From Lama guanicoe (lineage: Eukaryota), in assembly GCA_013239625.1 (NCBI GenBank), contig MU053652.1:8207027-8271026 (forward strand): a DNA stretch of 64,000 bases, given 5' to 3'. The number at the start of each line of letters is the position of its first letter. Positions within the stretch are counted from its first letter, which is position 1. The position numbers and the translations under genes are program-made. This document shows, one piece after another, positions 1-12,179 of the stretch. The notes under the pieces are model-generated. The model was not told the DNA's origin. It worked only from the letters and a program-made list of their open reading frames with translations, and searched no databases.

Positions 1-1459
1 AAATTCTGATTTATGTAATTTAAATGGCAACCTTAGTTTAGTCTTCCATTTTTTTTTTCCCACATTTTCTCCAAGATGGCATTTTTCTATAAGACTCAAT
101 TTGTCTGTTTTATATACTGGGACCTCAAATACATTGAAGTCTCAGTTTTCAATATTTATTAAGGGTCAGTAATTGTGCAATGCAGTGAAAACGTGAAGAT
201 ACAGTCAAAGTACCTTTCTTTTTAATTAGGCAGATTGATTCATATGTAAAATACTGAAACATTTGAAGTGTCTAGAATGAATTATTTTTAACTAATTTAA
301 GCAAGGTAGCTCAGCTCTTTTTTTTTTTGCTTTTTTTTGACTGAAAAAAAGAACTTGAACAAAGGTCAAGCTAGGTCCCTTGTTAAAAATATTAATTGTA
401 TTCATTTTTTAAAGTAAAATAAAATAAATACGAAACTTCCTAAGAAAGTTTGGCTTAGGAACCATTGTCCTAAAACACGGCCTGAGGAAGAGTATATAGT
501 AAGCACTCCTTTGTAAGTGATTTTTGTGTATCTTTAAGATACCTCCATAGCCTAACCTGATGGCTAATACTGCCAGCAAAAGTAACTCCCTGTAACTGTT
601 AGAGCATAGTTTTTACCTGGGAGAGCTGATACTTAAGTTTGAATTTCCCCAGGAAAGAGCAGAGGACTGCGAATGGGGAAATAGGACTGGTGAGTTTTGA
701 AAGGAAAAGAATGAAAGTAAAAGATCTTGAGCATAAAATTATCCTTCACAGTGGATGTGGGGCCTTGGCAGCTAGAGACACTTGGTGAACAGTGGGACAT
801 GTGTAAAAGTACAAAAAAACGAGAAAGGGGTGCAAAAAGAGTGGAGTAAGGTTTTTCACACCTGCCTAGATCCACATATCCTTATGCCTCTGGGAGTTGG
901 GCTCCCACCCATGTGCTTTAATATGTAAGACCTTTGAAAGTCCTCGACCAAAAATATCTCTTTTAACTTTTCTCCATAGTTACCTGAGATTCTCATTGTA
1001 TTTAGTTTTGGGGGGAGGGGGTAAAAGCAAGAGTAATTCTACCCTCACTTTCTAATCAGCCTGTAAGCATCTTGTTAACGAGAACTGTATCCTAATTCTC
1101 TGAACCCCTACACAGTGGCTAACAGTGATGCTTACAGGTGACCTCTGCATGTGAGGGAAGATGGGGCATCTTCATTTCTACCTGTTGAGACCCCAGTTGG
1201 TATTAGTGCAGCCCAGGGGCACCAAGAAAGAAGCGCAGCCTCAGGAGAGGGGCACTGAGAGAGCAGGGCGTGGGGAACCTTGAGCCACTGGCCGGCTCTC
1301 AGCTTTGTAGGTGGAGGGAGGTTAATCATAGAAATGTTTTGTTGACCAGGGACTCTATGAGAATCTTGCATTATCTTTCTGAAGACGGTCTAATAAGAAA
1401 AGTGGGGTCTTTAGGGGAAAAAAACCCACATGGAATTGATTCCTAGTTGTGGGATTTTG

Positions 1460-1530
1460 CAGAAGTAACCTCTCACCTTTAGTTCCTGATCTGTAAAATG
1501 GGATGAGACAGTAACTACCCTGGCCTCATG
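1460..1530 (+). mobile_element. MIR SINE core fragment
   Basis: 'agttcctgatctgtaaaatgggatgagacagtaactaccct' resembles the MIR core 'cagtttcctcatctgtaaaatgggataataatagtacct'. Confidence 0.6.
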
Positions 1531-3224
1531 GAACCGAATTTTCTCTCTAACTACTAGTGATTATGTCTGGCCAAGTCAACACTTGTGTTCACCTCTTTTA
1601 TTGCTCCTCACTTCCCAGCCATTCCCTACCTAAGAGACATCTCCCTACCACACCTGTTTATATGGGTCAGGGATTAGCACAGTAAAGTTTATTGTTTCAA
1701 GCTATATAGCTAGAAAAGCATCTATTGTTTTTTAATTAAGGGAAAATCCTGGCTACATTTAGATTTTTCTTTCAAATCACTTGAAGGTAAACATCAACTC
1801 CGCTATGGACAAATTCCAAATTGATGCAACCTGATTTAAAATCTTATTTTAGGTCCTTAAACTACATTTGCAAATCTAGTTCCTTATGCCGTTTTGCAGT
1901 TGACATCCATTGGAATACATCTGAGTAAATTTTCAAAGTTACAATTTGCAGAATTACAATAGGGCAGAAAGATTTTGCTGTTACTCCTTAGATTTCCTAA
2001 TTATACAGGAGCTAGATTCTTGGCTGTACAATAAGAAGTGAAGTAAAGTGGTAGGTTATCTTTTTTTTTTTCCCCATGATCTAATCTCTGCATGTTGCAT
2101 ATTATTGCTTTTTGCAGTGTTCTTCTTGCTTCTGGTATTTTAAAGTATCTTTTAACATTTCAGTTGATGTTGTATACTGAACAGATGTCTTAAATTATTT
2201 GTGCATGGTGTTCAGAGAAACCTGAAAAGAATTAATTTTGAAAATAATTATTTTTAGCTTTTCCAAAGCTTCGTAAAGCACTTTCTCCACTTTTTTTTTT
2301 CCTTTCCGCTGTAATGTTCTTGAGCTCATCTTTTCAGGTTGATATGTTGCCTCATATCTATATTAAATTCACTAGAGTAAGGCCTTGAGTACATTCATCA
2401 AACGTCCAATTTGGCGATAACCAAGTTAACGAGTAGCATTTGTTATTAATTATATCAATAAAAAATCATAATTTTACAACTCTGGTTTGAGCCTCATAGA
2501 GTAGGACATTTGAGGGGTGAATATTCACAGGCAATTAATGGCTCGCCCTTTGGAAAAAAATGCTAAAAATCATTTTAATAGCCTCTTTGCATCCTAAGCA
2601 GACTTCAGTCAAATCAAACCATCTCTGGCTAGACAAAATGTAATTGGTTCCTCAAAATTAAATCCAATGAACTTGTCTCTGCAGAAGGTCAAGTGATGTA
2701 TTTCTTTCTCATGAAAGAAAACTGTTTTTCATTTAATGCATCAGTTAGTAAAAAGGTGTTTTAGTATCCTGTTTGGATTCTGTTTTTTTTATGACTGCAT
2801 ATTAAAGTAACCATCTTGCCAACATGCAAATGGTATCCTAACTGAACACGGCTTGGTTGAAAGCGATGATGAAAGGGCCAGAGAGACTTATCAGCTACGC
2901 TTTTATGCCTGGGAAGTGGAAAATCACTGAGCTACCAGAATCTTCCTCTGTTTTATGTTTATATGACTCATAGAAACAAGTAAAAATGAAAAATATGATA
3001 TTTTCTCCTTTTTTAACAAGGAGACAGTCAAAGAATCTTACAGAATCTTAGATTTTGGTATCTCCTTTTTTGGTGCAAGAGTCAGAAACCCCAGGTTTTT
3101 AAAGGAATGTAAAAGAGAAAAAGGGAGAAGGAAAGGGAGGGAGGGAAGATGGGGAAAGAGACAGACAGACAGACAGTCCAGAGAGCGATACCTGTCTTTG
3201 TCACGATGGGGAATGGAGTAATGT

Positions 3225-3430
3225 TCATTGAAAGCATCTTGCCAAGTGCCACTAGACTCCTTGCATGTTTCAAGGCATTCAATCCTTTGAGGTATGTCTT
3301 GTCTTCAATTTAGAGTTAAAGAAACAAAAGCTTATGAGGTTCCAGACAGCTGTCCAAGACTACAGGCTACCAGTGGTGAGCCTCATACCTTACTGACTTT
3401 GAAGCCCGTGAGCTTTTCACTGTGTCACTC
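3225..3430 (-). mobile_element. MIR SINE, degraded
   Basis: 'atttagagttaaagaaacaaaagcttatgaggtt...gtccaagactacaggct' resembles the antisense MIR core. Confidence 0.5.
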
Positions 3431-4009
3431 TAGCCCAAAGCATGTGGCATCTCATTTTTGGTAAGGAAAACCCATTCCAGTCTTACTGAACTGAAATTTT
3501 AATATGCCATCATTACTTTCTAGCCTAACTGAGAAGTTGATTAGGTTTTAAATATAATGAAGATGAAGGTGATGAAGACTGCCATTCCTTGGTAGATATA
3601 TGTTTGGTGCATGGTTTGTGTGTGCATTTATTTCTTTGGTGAACTAAGTTTCAGTGTCTTACAGAAAACGACCACTTGTCAGCTAGACTTTGCAGATGTT
3701 CTCATCTGAGCTGGTTGGAGTGATTGTCTTCTCTCCCTGTTTCTCCTTTTTTTGTCCATAGATAATAGGCTCCCTCTCTAAGGATAAGAGAAGCTGTAGA
3801 TGATCAGGAGTGTTATAAAGGTCACTATCTTAAATAAAGCTTCTAGTGGCCAAGGCAAAAGGTCTCCAATGAGATGAGCTGAGCCAGCTCAGAGGATAGT
3901 GCAGTGGTCTGAAGGTCCTAGGGCAAGGAGGTACTCCACATGGTCTAGTTGGTGGCACCTGGAACCTGACTCAGTTATGTGTGTATATGTGTGTGTATAT
4001 ATATATGTA

Positions 4010-4245
4010 TATTTTAATTACAATATATTTCACACACCATAAAATTTACCTTTTTGAAGGATACAATTGAGTGGCATTTAGTATATTCAAGAGGCTGTAA
4101 AACCATCATCACGATTGAATTCCAGAATATTTTTATTACCCCCCAAAAGAAACTCTGTTACTCACTAGCAATCACTTTTCATTCCCCATCCCCCCAGTCC
4201 CTTACAACCTGGATTCTACTTTAGGTCTCTACAGCTTTGCCTCTT
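4010..4245 (-). mobile_element. Old L1 (L1MB-like) 3' UTR fragment, preceded by a TG/TA microsatellite (about 3978-4010)
   Basis: 'cataaaatttacc...tacaattgagtggcatttagtatattca...ttccagaatatttttattacccccc' is a typical antisense L1MB 3' end. Confidence 0.75.
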
Positions 4246-4659
4246 CAGCTGCATTTAATATGCAGTTACAAGATGATACACTTGATGGCATTTTCTGTTA
4301 CTCCCACTGAGACACTGAGCATCTAGTCGGTTGTTTCCCAGGACGTTCAGTGAGGGATCCAGTAATTTCCCCAAACCCATACTTTCAGATGTATCCAGCC
4401 TTGGTTCAGGCATGAGGATTACATTTTCCCTGGGGTTTGTAAACTTCCTCTGGACATTAAAAGCAATAGGAAGTCAATTAAGTTTGAGCTTTAACTAGAA
4501 ATGTCTAGCCTGAAATGTCCTCCCATAAGCAAATGTTATTCCATAGGCCCACTACATCAGTCTGGTTTTTCTCTTTGCTCTTGAATTTCATCTCTCCAAA
4601 CATCATTTGTGTGTATTTAATATCTTGAAAAGACCTTTGAATCCCTTGAAATCAGTTGC

Positions 4660-5440
4660 CTCAGCCAGAAATCCAAGAATCACCTTAAATCTTCTTTCTT
4701 CATGTTTTTATTCTGCTTCCTCTTCCGCACCAGTAACCCATTACTACCAGATTCTGTAGATTTTAACCACCCACGGAACCATCTTGCCTGCTCCCTCCTC
4801 CATCTCTGGGTTCCCTACCACTGTTAGAGGCTCATCAACATGGAGCTGTTATGATGGCTGGACTGCAGGTGCTTCTCTTCTGGTCTCCCCTCTTGCCTCA
4901 CTTCATTATCCTCTACGATGCTCCCAAGTGGTCCTCTACTAACATAAATCTCTTTATATCCCACCTGTCATCCTAAAATTCTCAAAAATCTCTCCACAGT
5001 TTTCATAGTGAAGGTCAGAACAACTATTTCCTTCCTAGTCTGCTCTTAGGCTCACCTGGCACAATTTCCCTCTTGTGCCCTTTCCTGCTCCCACATGAAA
5101 AGGGGACCCCTGAATGTGTCACTCAGCTCCGGGTTTACTGTCCCTGCACATACCTTTGCACTGCCTAGAACATTATTTTCTACTGTATTCTTCTACCCCC
5201 ACCCTTGTCTGGAATGTGGCCCTTTTTGGACCGAGACTGTCTAATTCGTTCATCTCTACCCCAAGCACTCTCTCTGTTTCTCTGCCACAGCACTTCACAC
5301 ATTTTCCTCACTGCCCCAGGATGTCAATGCTACTCTCAGTGTCTCCAATTCTATTGTAAATGTATTGAAAGCATAGATTTTAATCCATAGCAGCTAGTAT
5401 AATATGTAAGTACCTAGTTAATATCAGTTAAATAGAAAAA
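4660..5440 (+). mobile_element. L2 LINE 3' portion, heavily degraded
   Basis: Pyrimidine-rich L2-like blocks ('agccagaaatccaagaatcacctt', 'ctggtctcccc', 'cctttgcactgcctagaac') ending in an L2-like terminus. Confidence 0.55.
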
Positions 5441-5719
5441 AGGAAAGAAAAAGAAATAAAGGGAAGAAAATAAAGAGCAACAGAACCCAAATGCTGCTTG
5501 TCTCCATGTGTGGCATTAACTTATAATGGGATTCAGCCCCTTTCCCCTTAAAGCCTATCCAAGCCAGAAATCATAAGTGAATAAAACAAGTTTTATACTG
5601 TTATTTGGAGGACTTTTGGAGGACACAGAGAGGTTTTATAAAACACAAAGCACTTGGTAAACTTCATAAAAGTCCCTATTTGACCTTTTAGTTTTTCTCC
5701 TCCACTCTGAAAAGACATG

Positions 5720-6310
5720 GCAATTCATAATGTACATAGATGGAACAAAACAACATCAAACAAAATGCGTGAGGTAAAAACCGATAGAACCGCAAAGAAA
5801 AGTAGATTAACCCACTATTATAAATGGAGATGTCAACTCTCCTTGACCAGAAATGGACCGACCCAGCAGGCAGGACATCGGTTGGATCATGGTTGAGCTC
5901 AACACTAGCATCAATCAGCTGGGTATAATGGACGTCTGTGGAGCACTGCATCCAACAACAGCAGAAGGCATGTTCTTCTCAGGTGCACATGGAATATTCA
6001 CCAAGACAGACCACATTCTGGGCCATAAAACACACCTTAACACATTTAAAAGAACAGAAATCCTACAGATCATAATGGAATTAAACTAGAAGTCAATAAC
6101 AGAAGATAAGTGGAAATTCCCAAAATACTTGGTGATTAAATAACACGCTTCTAAATAACATATGGATCAAAGAAGAAATTTCAAGAGAAATTTAAAAATG
6201 TTTTCAACTAAATGAAAATAAACGTACAACTTATCAATATTTGGGGATGCAGAGAAAGCAGTGCATAGAGGGAAATTTATAACATAGAATGCATTTATCA
6301 GTAAGAAGTA
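5720..6310 (+). mobile_element. Old L1 ORF2 endonuclease-domain fragment
   Basis: ORF 5853-6089 translates to ...LHPTTAEGMFFSGAHGIFTKTDHILGHKTHLNTFKRTEIL, matching L1 EN 'LHPTTAEYTFFSSAHGTFSKIDHILGHK'; stops and frameshifts flank it. Confidence 0.9.
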
Positions 6311-6730
6311 GATCAATTCATACCATGGAATTTGGGGAAAAGTCAGAGCTTAAAGGTACCTATTACTGCACAAGACTGGGATGAGACAAGTGCTGAAAAC
6401 AAAAAGAACTGGTCAAAAATCTCTGAGAGGCTATCAGACCTAATGTTCCTTTCTTCTATCCCCTGTAGCCCAACCCTACCAAGAAACGGGAAATTTCCTT
6501 TGAAGAGAGTAAATCTCAAAAACACTGGGGATAACACCAGACAAGGAGAGCTGTTGTAATAAAATGATAAATGATAAGGAGATGATAAAGACTGTGTGGG
6601 AAAGTGAACCCCTCCCCTAGTGCTCCTTGCTGTGTGAGCACTCAGAGTTAGGTATATGCTTCCCCTGTTCCCGGGATGAACATTACAGAATTCTTCTCTG
6701 GAGAAGCTGAAGTGCTCCAAAGAAAAGACC

Positions 6731-7162
6731 TGTGGATACTGTCCTGGCAGGAGAGCAGATTCACGCTAGATGCTTCAGATGAGGAGACATTAATGGAGGA
6801 ACTACTTACAGCCTGTACGTGTACAAATGAGGGGTTATGAGTCATGTAGCAGCTAGCAACAGTAGGAAGCTGTTACCTCTCCAGGGCTGAAGGGACAATG
6901 GAGAAATAGAAGCCACTGAGAAGTATGGCAGTGGAGCAAAGCCCTCAGAGTTCCAGATGCCGCTAGAGACTCTTGCTGAGTAGGAAGGGAGTCGGAGAGG
7001 GGATACCCTGACCTTTGTCGTCCTGTCACCAGCACCCTCCTAGTGCCCAACCGCCCTTGTTTAGGGAGCCCAGGTGTGTAGTTCCCAGGACGCAAAGCAG
7101 GACAGAGAATGGAGAAGAGATGTAATGGTGGGGGGAGTGCATATACAGAATATCTAGCCAAG
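6731..7162 (-). mobile_element. Solo ERVL-class LTR (LTR33-like)
   Basis: Reverse complement begins 'tggctagatattctgtatatgcactccccc...ttctctgtcctgctttgcgtcctggga', like the LTR33 5' end; internal 'agcaacagtaggaagctgttacc...agggctgaagggacaa' motif. Confidence 0.65.
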
Positions 7163-8894
7163 ACACTGACATTTGGAGGTCCTCTAATGAAACGTCTGTG
7201 CTCTGATTTTAACCTCCTAGAAGTCTGCTTATAGTGGACTTCTAAGTAGATCTTTTAGTGCCACATCCTGCCAGTAGCAGGGAGGGGGGCAGAGCAAGAG
7301 GAGACCTAACCAGGGAGCCTTGAGTAAGCAGGAGGCAGGGGGAGGGAACAGAGAGGCTGAGTTCGGGTCACTAAGATGAGGAAGAGCGGAGGCATCAGAG
7401 ATGTATGACAGGATGTGCATGAAGACAAATCCCACGTTCTTGTCGTTACGTCTGGGGGGTCCTTGCCATCTGTCGTTCCAAATAGTGTGGGATTAGCCAG
7501 ATGGAATAATATTCTTGAAAGGAAGGACCACTGGAACAGGGAGTGGTCATTTTTTTATAACTTGGTGTGCAGATCATGAGTTTAATTCATCCATAAGGGA
7601 AAGGAAAGTGGAGATCGGTAGATATGTTTTTAAAACAGGAGCGCCTGTGGTTGAACAGACGGTGAGTGGCTGCTTCTCTGAGAACATCCCAGACCTGGAG
7701 ACTGAGCTGTCTCTCTGGCAGCTCTGCCCAAGACCTGCTGTTGTTTTCACTTTTTGATGTCTTTGTTCAAACCATATGGTGTAGGAACAGTACATACTTG
7801 TAAATAAATAGACTGTGAGTCTAGAGTCCTTCTGTCTGTGTGACTTGTTTTCATCTCAGATTTATCAGTCTCTCGGAGGAAAAGATGGACTTGAATCTAG
7901 AAAACTTGGGACCCTTAGAGAGCCTATAAGAAAATTTTTCAGTGTTTGCTTGCATATTTGATATAGTGCTAAAACTCAGCATGACAGAGTATTGTACAAC
8001 TCGGAGCTTTGATTTTGCTCTGTTTTACTTTCAGTAGTCGAAGGGATTTCTAAAATGAGTGTAATCATTCGTGTCCTTTTACAATTACTCCTTTGAGAAA
8101 ATTTTCAGTAATTTTGAATTTAATTTTATGTTTTTATTTACTTAAGATACCTTGGCTCTGGGTAGCTTTTGAAGATGTTAAAACAAGAAACTTCATGAAG
8201 GCAAAAGGGAGTGCCGGACAGCACAGGGGACGCTGGGTTAGACCTTCTGCCGTCTCAGACACTGCAAGCTCTTGGCAAAGTCTTTCTTTTCTTTCTTTCT
8301 TTTTTTTGTCTTTGTCTTTGTTTTTTTGAGTGCTGAGTGATTAAAGCTGACTAATCTGATAAACTAATAATCAATCTGCTCACAGGAGAAGATAAAAGGC
8401 CAAAAGGGGAAAGATCCCCCCTGTACGTTACCCCCTGGCAGTCGCATCTGAGCTGAGTACTGTGTTGGAGTGTCATCACATTAAGCCTGACTGAGAAACC
8501 TGTGCTTTCCTCTGGTGTGCTTCAGGCATCCCCCAAAGAGCTCGGGGCTCCTTGGTTTCGTCTGGGTCCTCGTTTGGGTACTGCCCCACTTTTCCTTTCT
8601 TCGGGGACTTTGGTTATGCAGAATTTGAGTGAATGAGAATCCAGAACTCCAGCATAGTCCCTGTGCTACCTCTGAAGTTTCCCACCATGGTTATCCTTGC
8701 CTTTGAGGTGAGGGTTTTGTTTCGATATTTATTGAACTCTAAACAGACCTGTATGTTCAAGAGTTTGCTGGATCAGATTCAAAGATGAGTAGCTCTCAGA
8801 CCTATCCTGAAAGGGTTCAAGAGTTCACAGCATAATCAGGAAAACAGCAACTGCATGCATGGCCGGATGCACGGGACCCAAGGGGCAAGGATTG

Positions 8895-9090
8895 CCAAAT
8901 GGTTAGGAATATGGACTCTGGGGCAAGAAAATCCTGGGTTCAAATTCCAGTTGAACTCATTACTAGCTTGTGCCTTTGGGAAAATTCATTCAACTTTCCT
9001 TGCCTCGGTCTTCCCATCTGTAAAATGGGTGATAAAAGCGGTACCTGTTTTACAGTTGTAAAAATTAAATACCTAAATGCATATAAAGTT
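8895..9090 (+). mobile_element. MIR SINE
   Basis: 'ggttaggaatatggactctgg...cctgggttcaaattccag...cctcggtcttcccatctgtaaaatggg'. Confidence 0.85.
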
Positions 9091-9184
9091 ATAATAAGAA
9101 TTATGTGTTTCATATAACTATATATACAAAATTTCTTGCTTAAAAAAGCATTTACTATGATTATCTCATTTAATTTTCACTTTG

Positions 9185-9300
9185 TTTCAGTTCAACAAAC
9201 ATAAATTAGGCAACTGCTTAGGTTCTGTGCTGGACTCTGGCAATGCTCAGATTAATAAGACAAGGTCTGTGGTGTTGGTTGAAGGGTTCAGGGTTCTGCT
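9185..9300 (-). mobile_element. L2 3' terminal fragment
   Basis: 'ttcaacaaacataaattaggcaactgcttagg...tgtgctggactctgg' resembles the antisense L2 terminus. Confidence 0.5.
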
Positions 9301-11982
9301 GAGGAAAATGGCACTGTCATGCCTCTCTTGATTGACTTTAACTCTCTGAATCATCACCAACTCTCTGCGCCTTGTAGACAATGAGTATGAAGAATCAAAC
9401 TGACAACGGAACCTTCCTTCAAGTGATCCACACACATCATGTGAATGCAAGGGCCCTGTTTCTGTTAATACAACTTCGCCCTCTGAATAATTTCTACACA
9501 TTTTTCCCTGCTCTGCAATAATTCTTGGAAGTAGGCAGTTTAGAAAATTGATTCCTCTAAGTCCTAATGTTTAACTAGAATGTCCAGAGCACATTTTTAT
9601 AGAAAGAGATAATTAACTTGATTTCATTGTTACATGACTACCCCGTGACAAGCTGAATTCCTGGAGTGAAAACATGTGCCATTTTCCTTCCAAAGGGCAA
9701 GCTATCAGGCACTCAGCTAGGCTTTCCCCTCAGCAGCATTCCCCTCACCATCAGAATCGCCACTCTGATGGCCAGGGAAAAATCTACTTCCCTGCCCCTA
9801 GGGTTAAACAGAACATGAGTTAGAATTTTTGGCAGAACCTGCTACTAAAGTGACAGTTTGGCCTTCTCCAAAATGTGTAATCTTTGCAAAGAGAGATAGG
9901 TTTAAGCAGCACAAAGGGAAAAGAAGTGTAGATTTCAGTCTTACGATTTAAGAATCTCAGATGCAGAGCCATTTACTAGTAGGAATTATAGGAAAGAAAT
10001 ATAAACACAGTAAAAACCTGGTATAAAACATTTCTCCGTATGATAGATTATGTACTATCAAAATAAAATCATGTCCCTCAAATTAGTCTGATGTATCATT
10101 AAGTCATGGGGAGCAAATAAAATGAAATTGATGTTTGAGGCAGTGAGAGGTCGAGTAGGTCAGTAGAACTTAGACAAGTGATGTAACTTCTCGGAGACTG
10201 AGTGTGTGTCGCTTTGACAGAGCTAGCATGATGATGGATAGCAATGACATTGGGTTGTGTGTGTGTTAAATAGCAAATGTGGCTTCTGACACATAATAAG
10301 CTCTCGAAAAATGATAGTTATTTTTCTTGTGTTACAATGGGATTTTACCCCAGTTGACTGAGTTGTTGGTTTTTGTTGTTATTGTTGTTTTTAAATATAA
10401 AGGGGGTTCATAGTGTATAATCTTGGCCAGGAGTCTCTTTTCAACCATTGGTCAAATATTTATTAGAAGTCCTAAAATGACAAAGACAACCCTTCAACCC
10501 AAAATTTCAAAACTATGTAATTGTTAGTCAAATATTTTTCAATTAGTTTGGATAAAAATCTCAATGTACATTCAAGCAAAAAGGGTAGAAATCTTAGCCT
10601 ATCTGTAGAAAGGGGATCAGTCATTGTTCTTATTCTAAACAAACCATACTGTTTAATACCTGCTGTATTGACAGGCTGGAAACAATGGAGGACAAGTCTG
10701 TGATCACTGTCATTGTCACCTACACAGGCTTCTAGGGAAGCAGCGTTCATTCCAGTGAAAGAGGGGAGACGAGGGGAGAATACTGAGGGCATGAGAGTAG
10801 CCAAGCAAACCTTCCAAAGTCAGAACAGGGAAGATATTGTTAGAGAAGTAGCAACGGAGAAAGGATGAGAAGAAGGGAAGAGACGAAAAAACTAATCTGA
10901 GCACCAAGATAAGAGGAAGAATGCTAACTAATTGGAGGGTATTACTTTATAGAATGCAATGAGTTCATTAACTGTAGTTGTCCTACAGTTGCCTCATGTG
11001 GGTAGAACATGAAATCCTATTTTGCATGAACTATGTGGTACTTGTCAGTTTTCTTTAATGATTTATTCCCAGCTTTGCTAACATAGCTTGGCATGTGAGA
11101 AACTGCTCTCGCAGCAGCCATGAGTCTTCTAAAAGTTTCATTTCATTTTAGGGAGAAAATTAAGTGTCCATTCCAATAGCAATCAGAAAGAATAAATCCC
11201 ATTTTAAATACATATTTCTTGCTGTGAGCTAATAAATACAATTTTTACTAGCCTGTTTCTCTTTTTCTTGTGAATTAATTTTGAGTTGCTGCTTTAAGAT
11301 ATTCAGAGTAGGCACAGATCCACAGAAAGGAGAGCAAAAAAGATTATGTATTGGAAACAATTTCTTTTCTTAAAGTCATGCATATTTGTATGTCATGGCT
11401 AATGTCCATTGATGCTTAGCAAATTGGTAGACTATGGCTGCATTGACAATTTCGTTCTTAAACTAATGTTTTATAGGGACTGTTAACTTTGTCCTCAGGC
11501 TCCTGGCAAGCCCAAGGCAAAGTTTTATTTCCAAGCATCTGCTCACCACTTAATTCATAATTATCATTCTGGATACAGCCAGAGCTGGTAGCAGCAGTTC
11601 TAAATTACCAGCTTGGACAAGCATATCAATGATGAAACCCCATTGATGACTGACGTCTTTGCTGGAAGGATGATTTCTGGTGTTGTTTACATCTTCCATC
11701 TGTGATTGATAAGTCACAAACCAGTATAATTTTGCTATAATAGCCGAGGTAATGAATTTCCCTATTGTTTTTTCTTTTTCTTTGTTTCCTTTTTAATTTG
11801 GGGAACACTTCAGTCTAGACTCCGGGACACAGTTTATCTCTCGTCTTGGTCTCAAAGGCATGGGTAGTTGCACAGATTACATTTTGTATTATTAAATTAT
11901 TCCTCATTTTATTGGGAATTAAAATATTGCATAAAATGGGATATTTTGCATATGTAGACATGTAAATCCTGAGAATGGCATT

Positions 11983-11983
11983 T

Positions 11984-12038
<55 letters not shown>

Positions 12039-12042
12039 TTTT
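11983..12042. repeat. (TTTA)n microsatellite, probably a retroposon tail
   Basis: About 14 perfect TTTA units seen directly. Confidence 0.95.
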
Positions 12043-12080
12043 ATCCTTGAAAAAACTTTAGTAACTGTAATTTGCTTACA

Positions 12081-12179
12081 TTTTTTAAATTGAAATATGG
12101 CCAGTTACAGTGTGTCAATTTCTGGTATACAGCACAATGTTTCAGTCATGCATATACATACATATATTTGTTTTCATAT
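12081..12179 (-). mobile_element. Very short, 5'-truncated lineage-specific L1 3' end
   Basis: Homologous to the L1 termini at about 52330 and 48700; near-identical flanks agaatggcatttt (11972-11984) and agaatggtatttt (12180-12192). Confidence 0.85.

Noticed and set aside
1..450. AU-rich stretch ending in clustered AATAAA, resembling a 3' UTR end
   Set aside because: No upstream context in the window and the gene is not recognisable; AATAAA is common in AT-rich DNA
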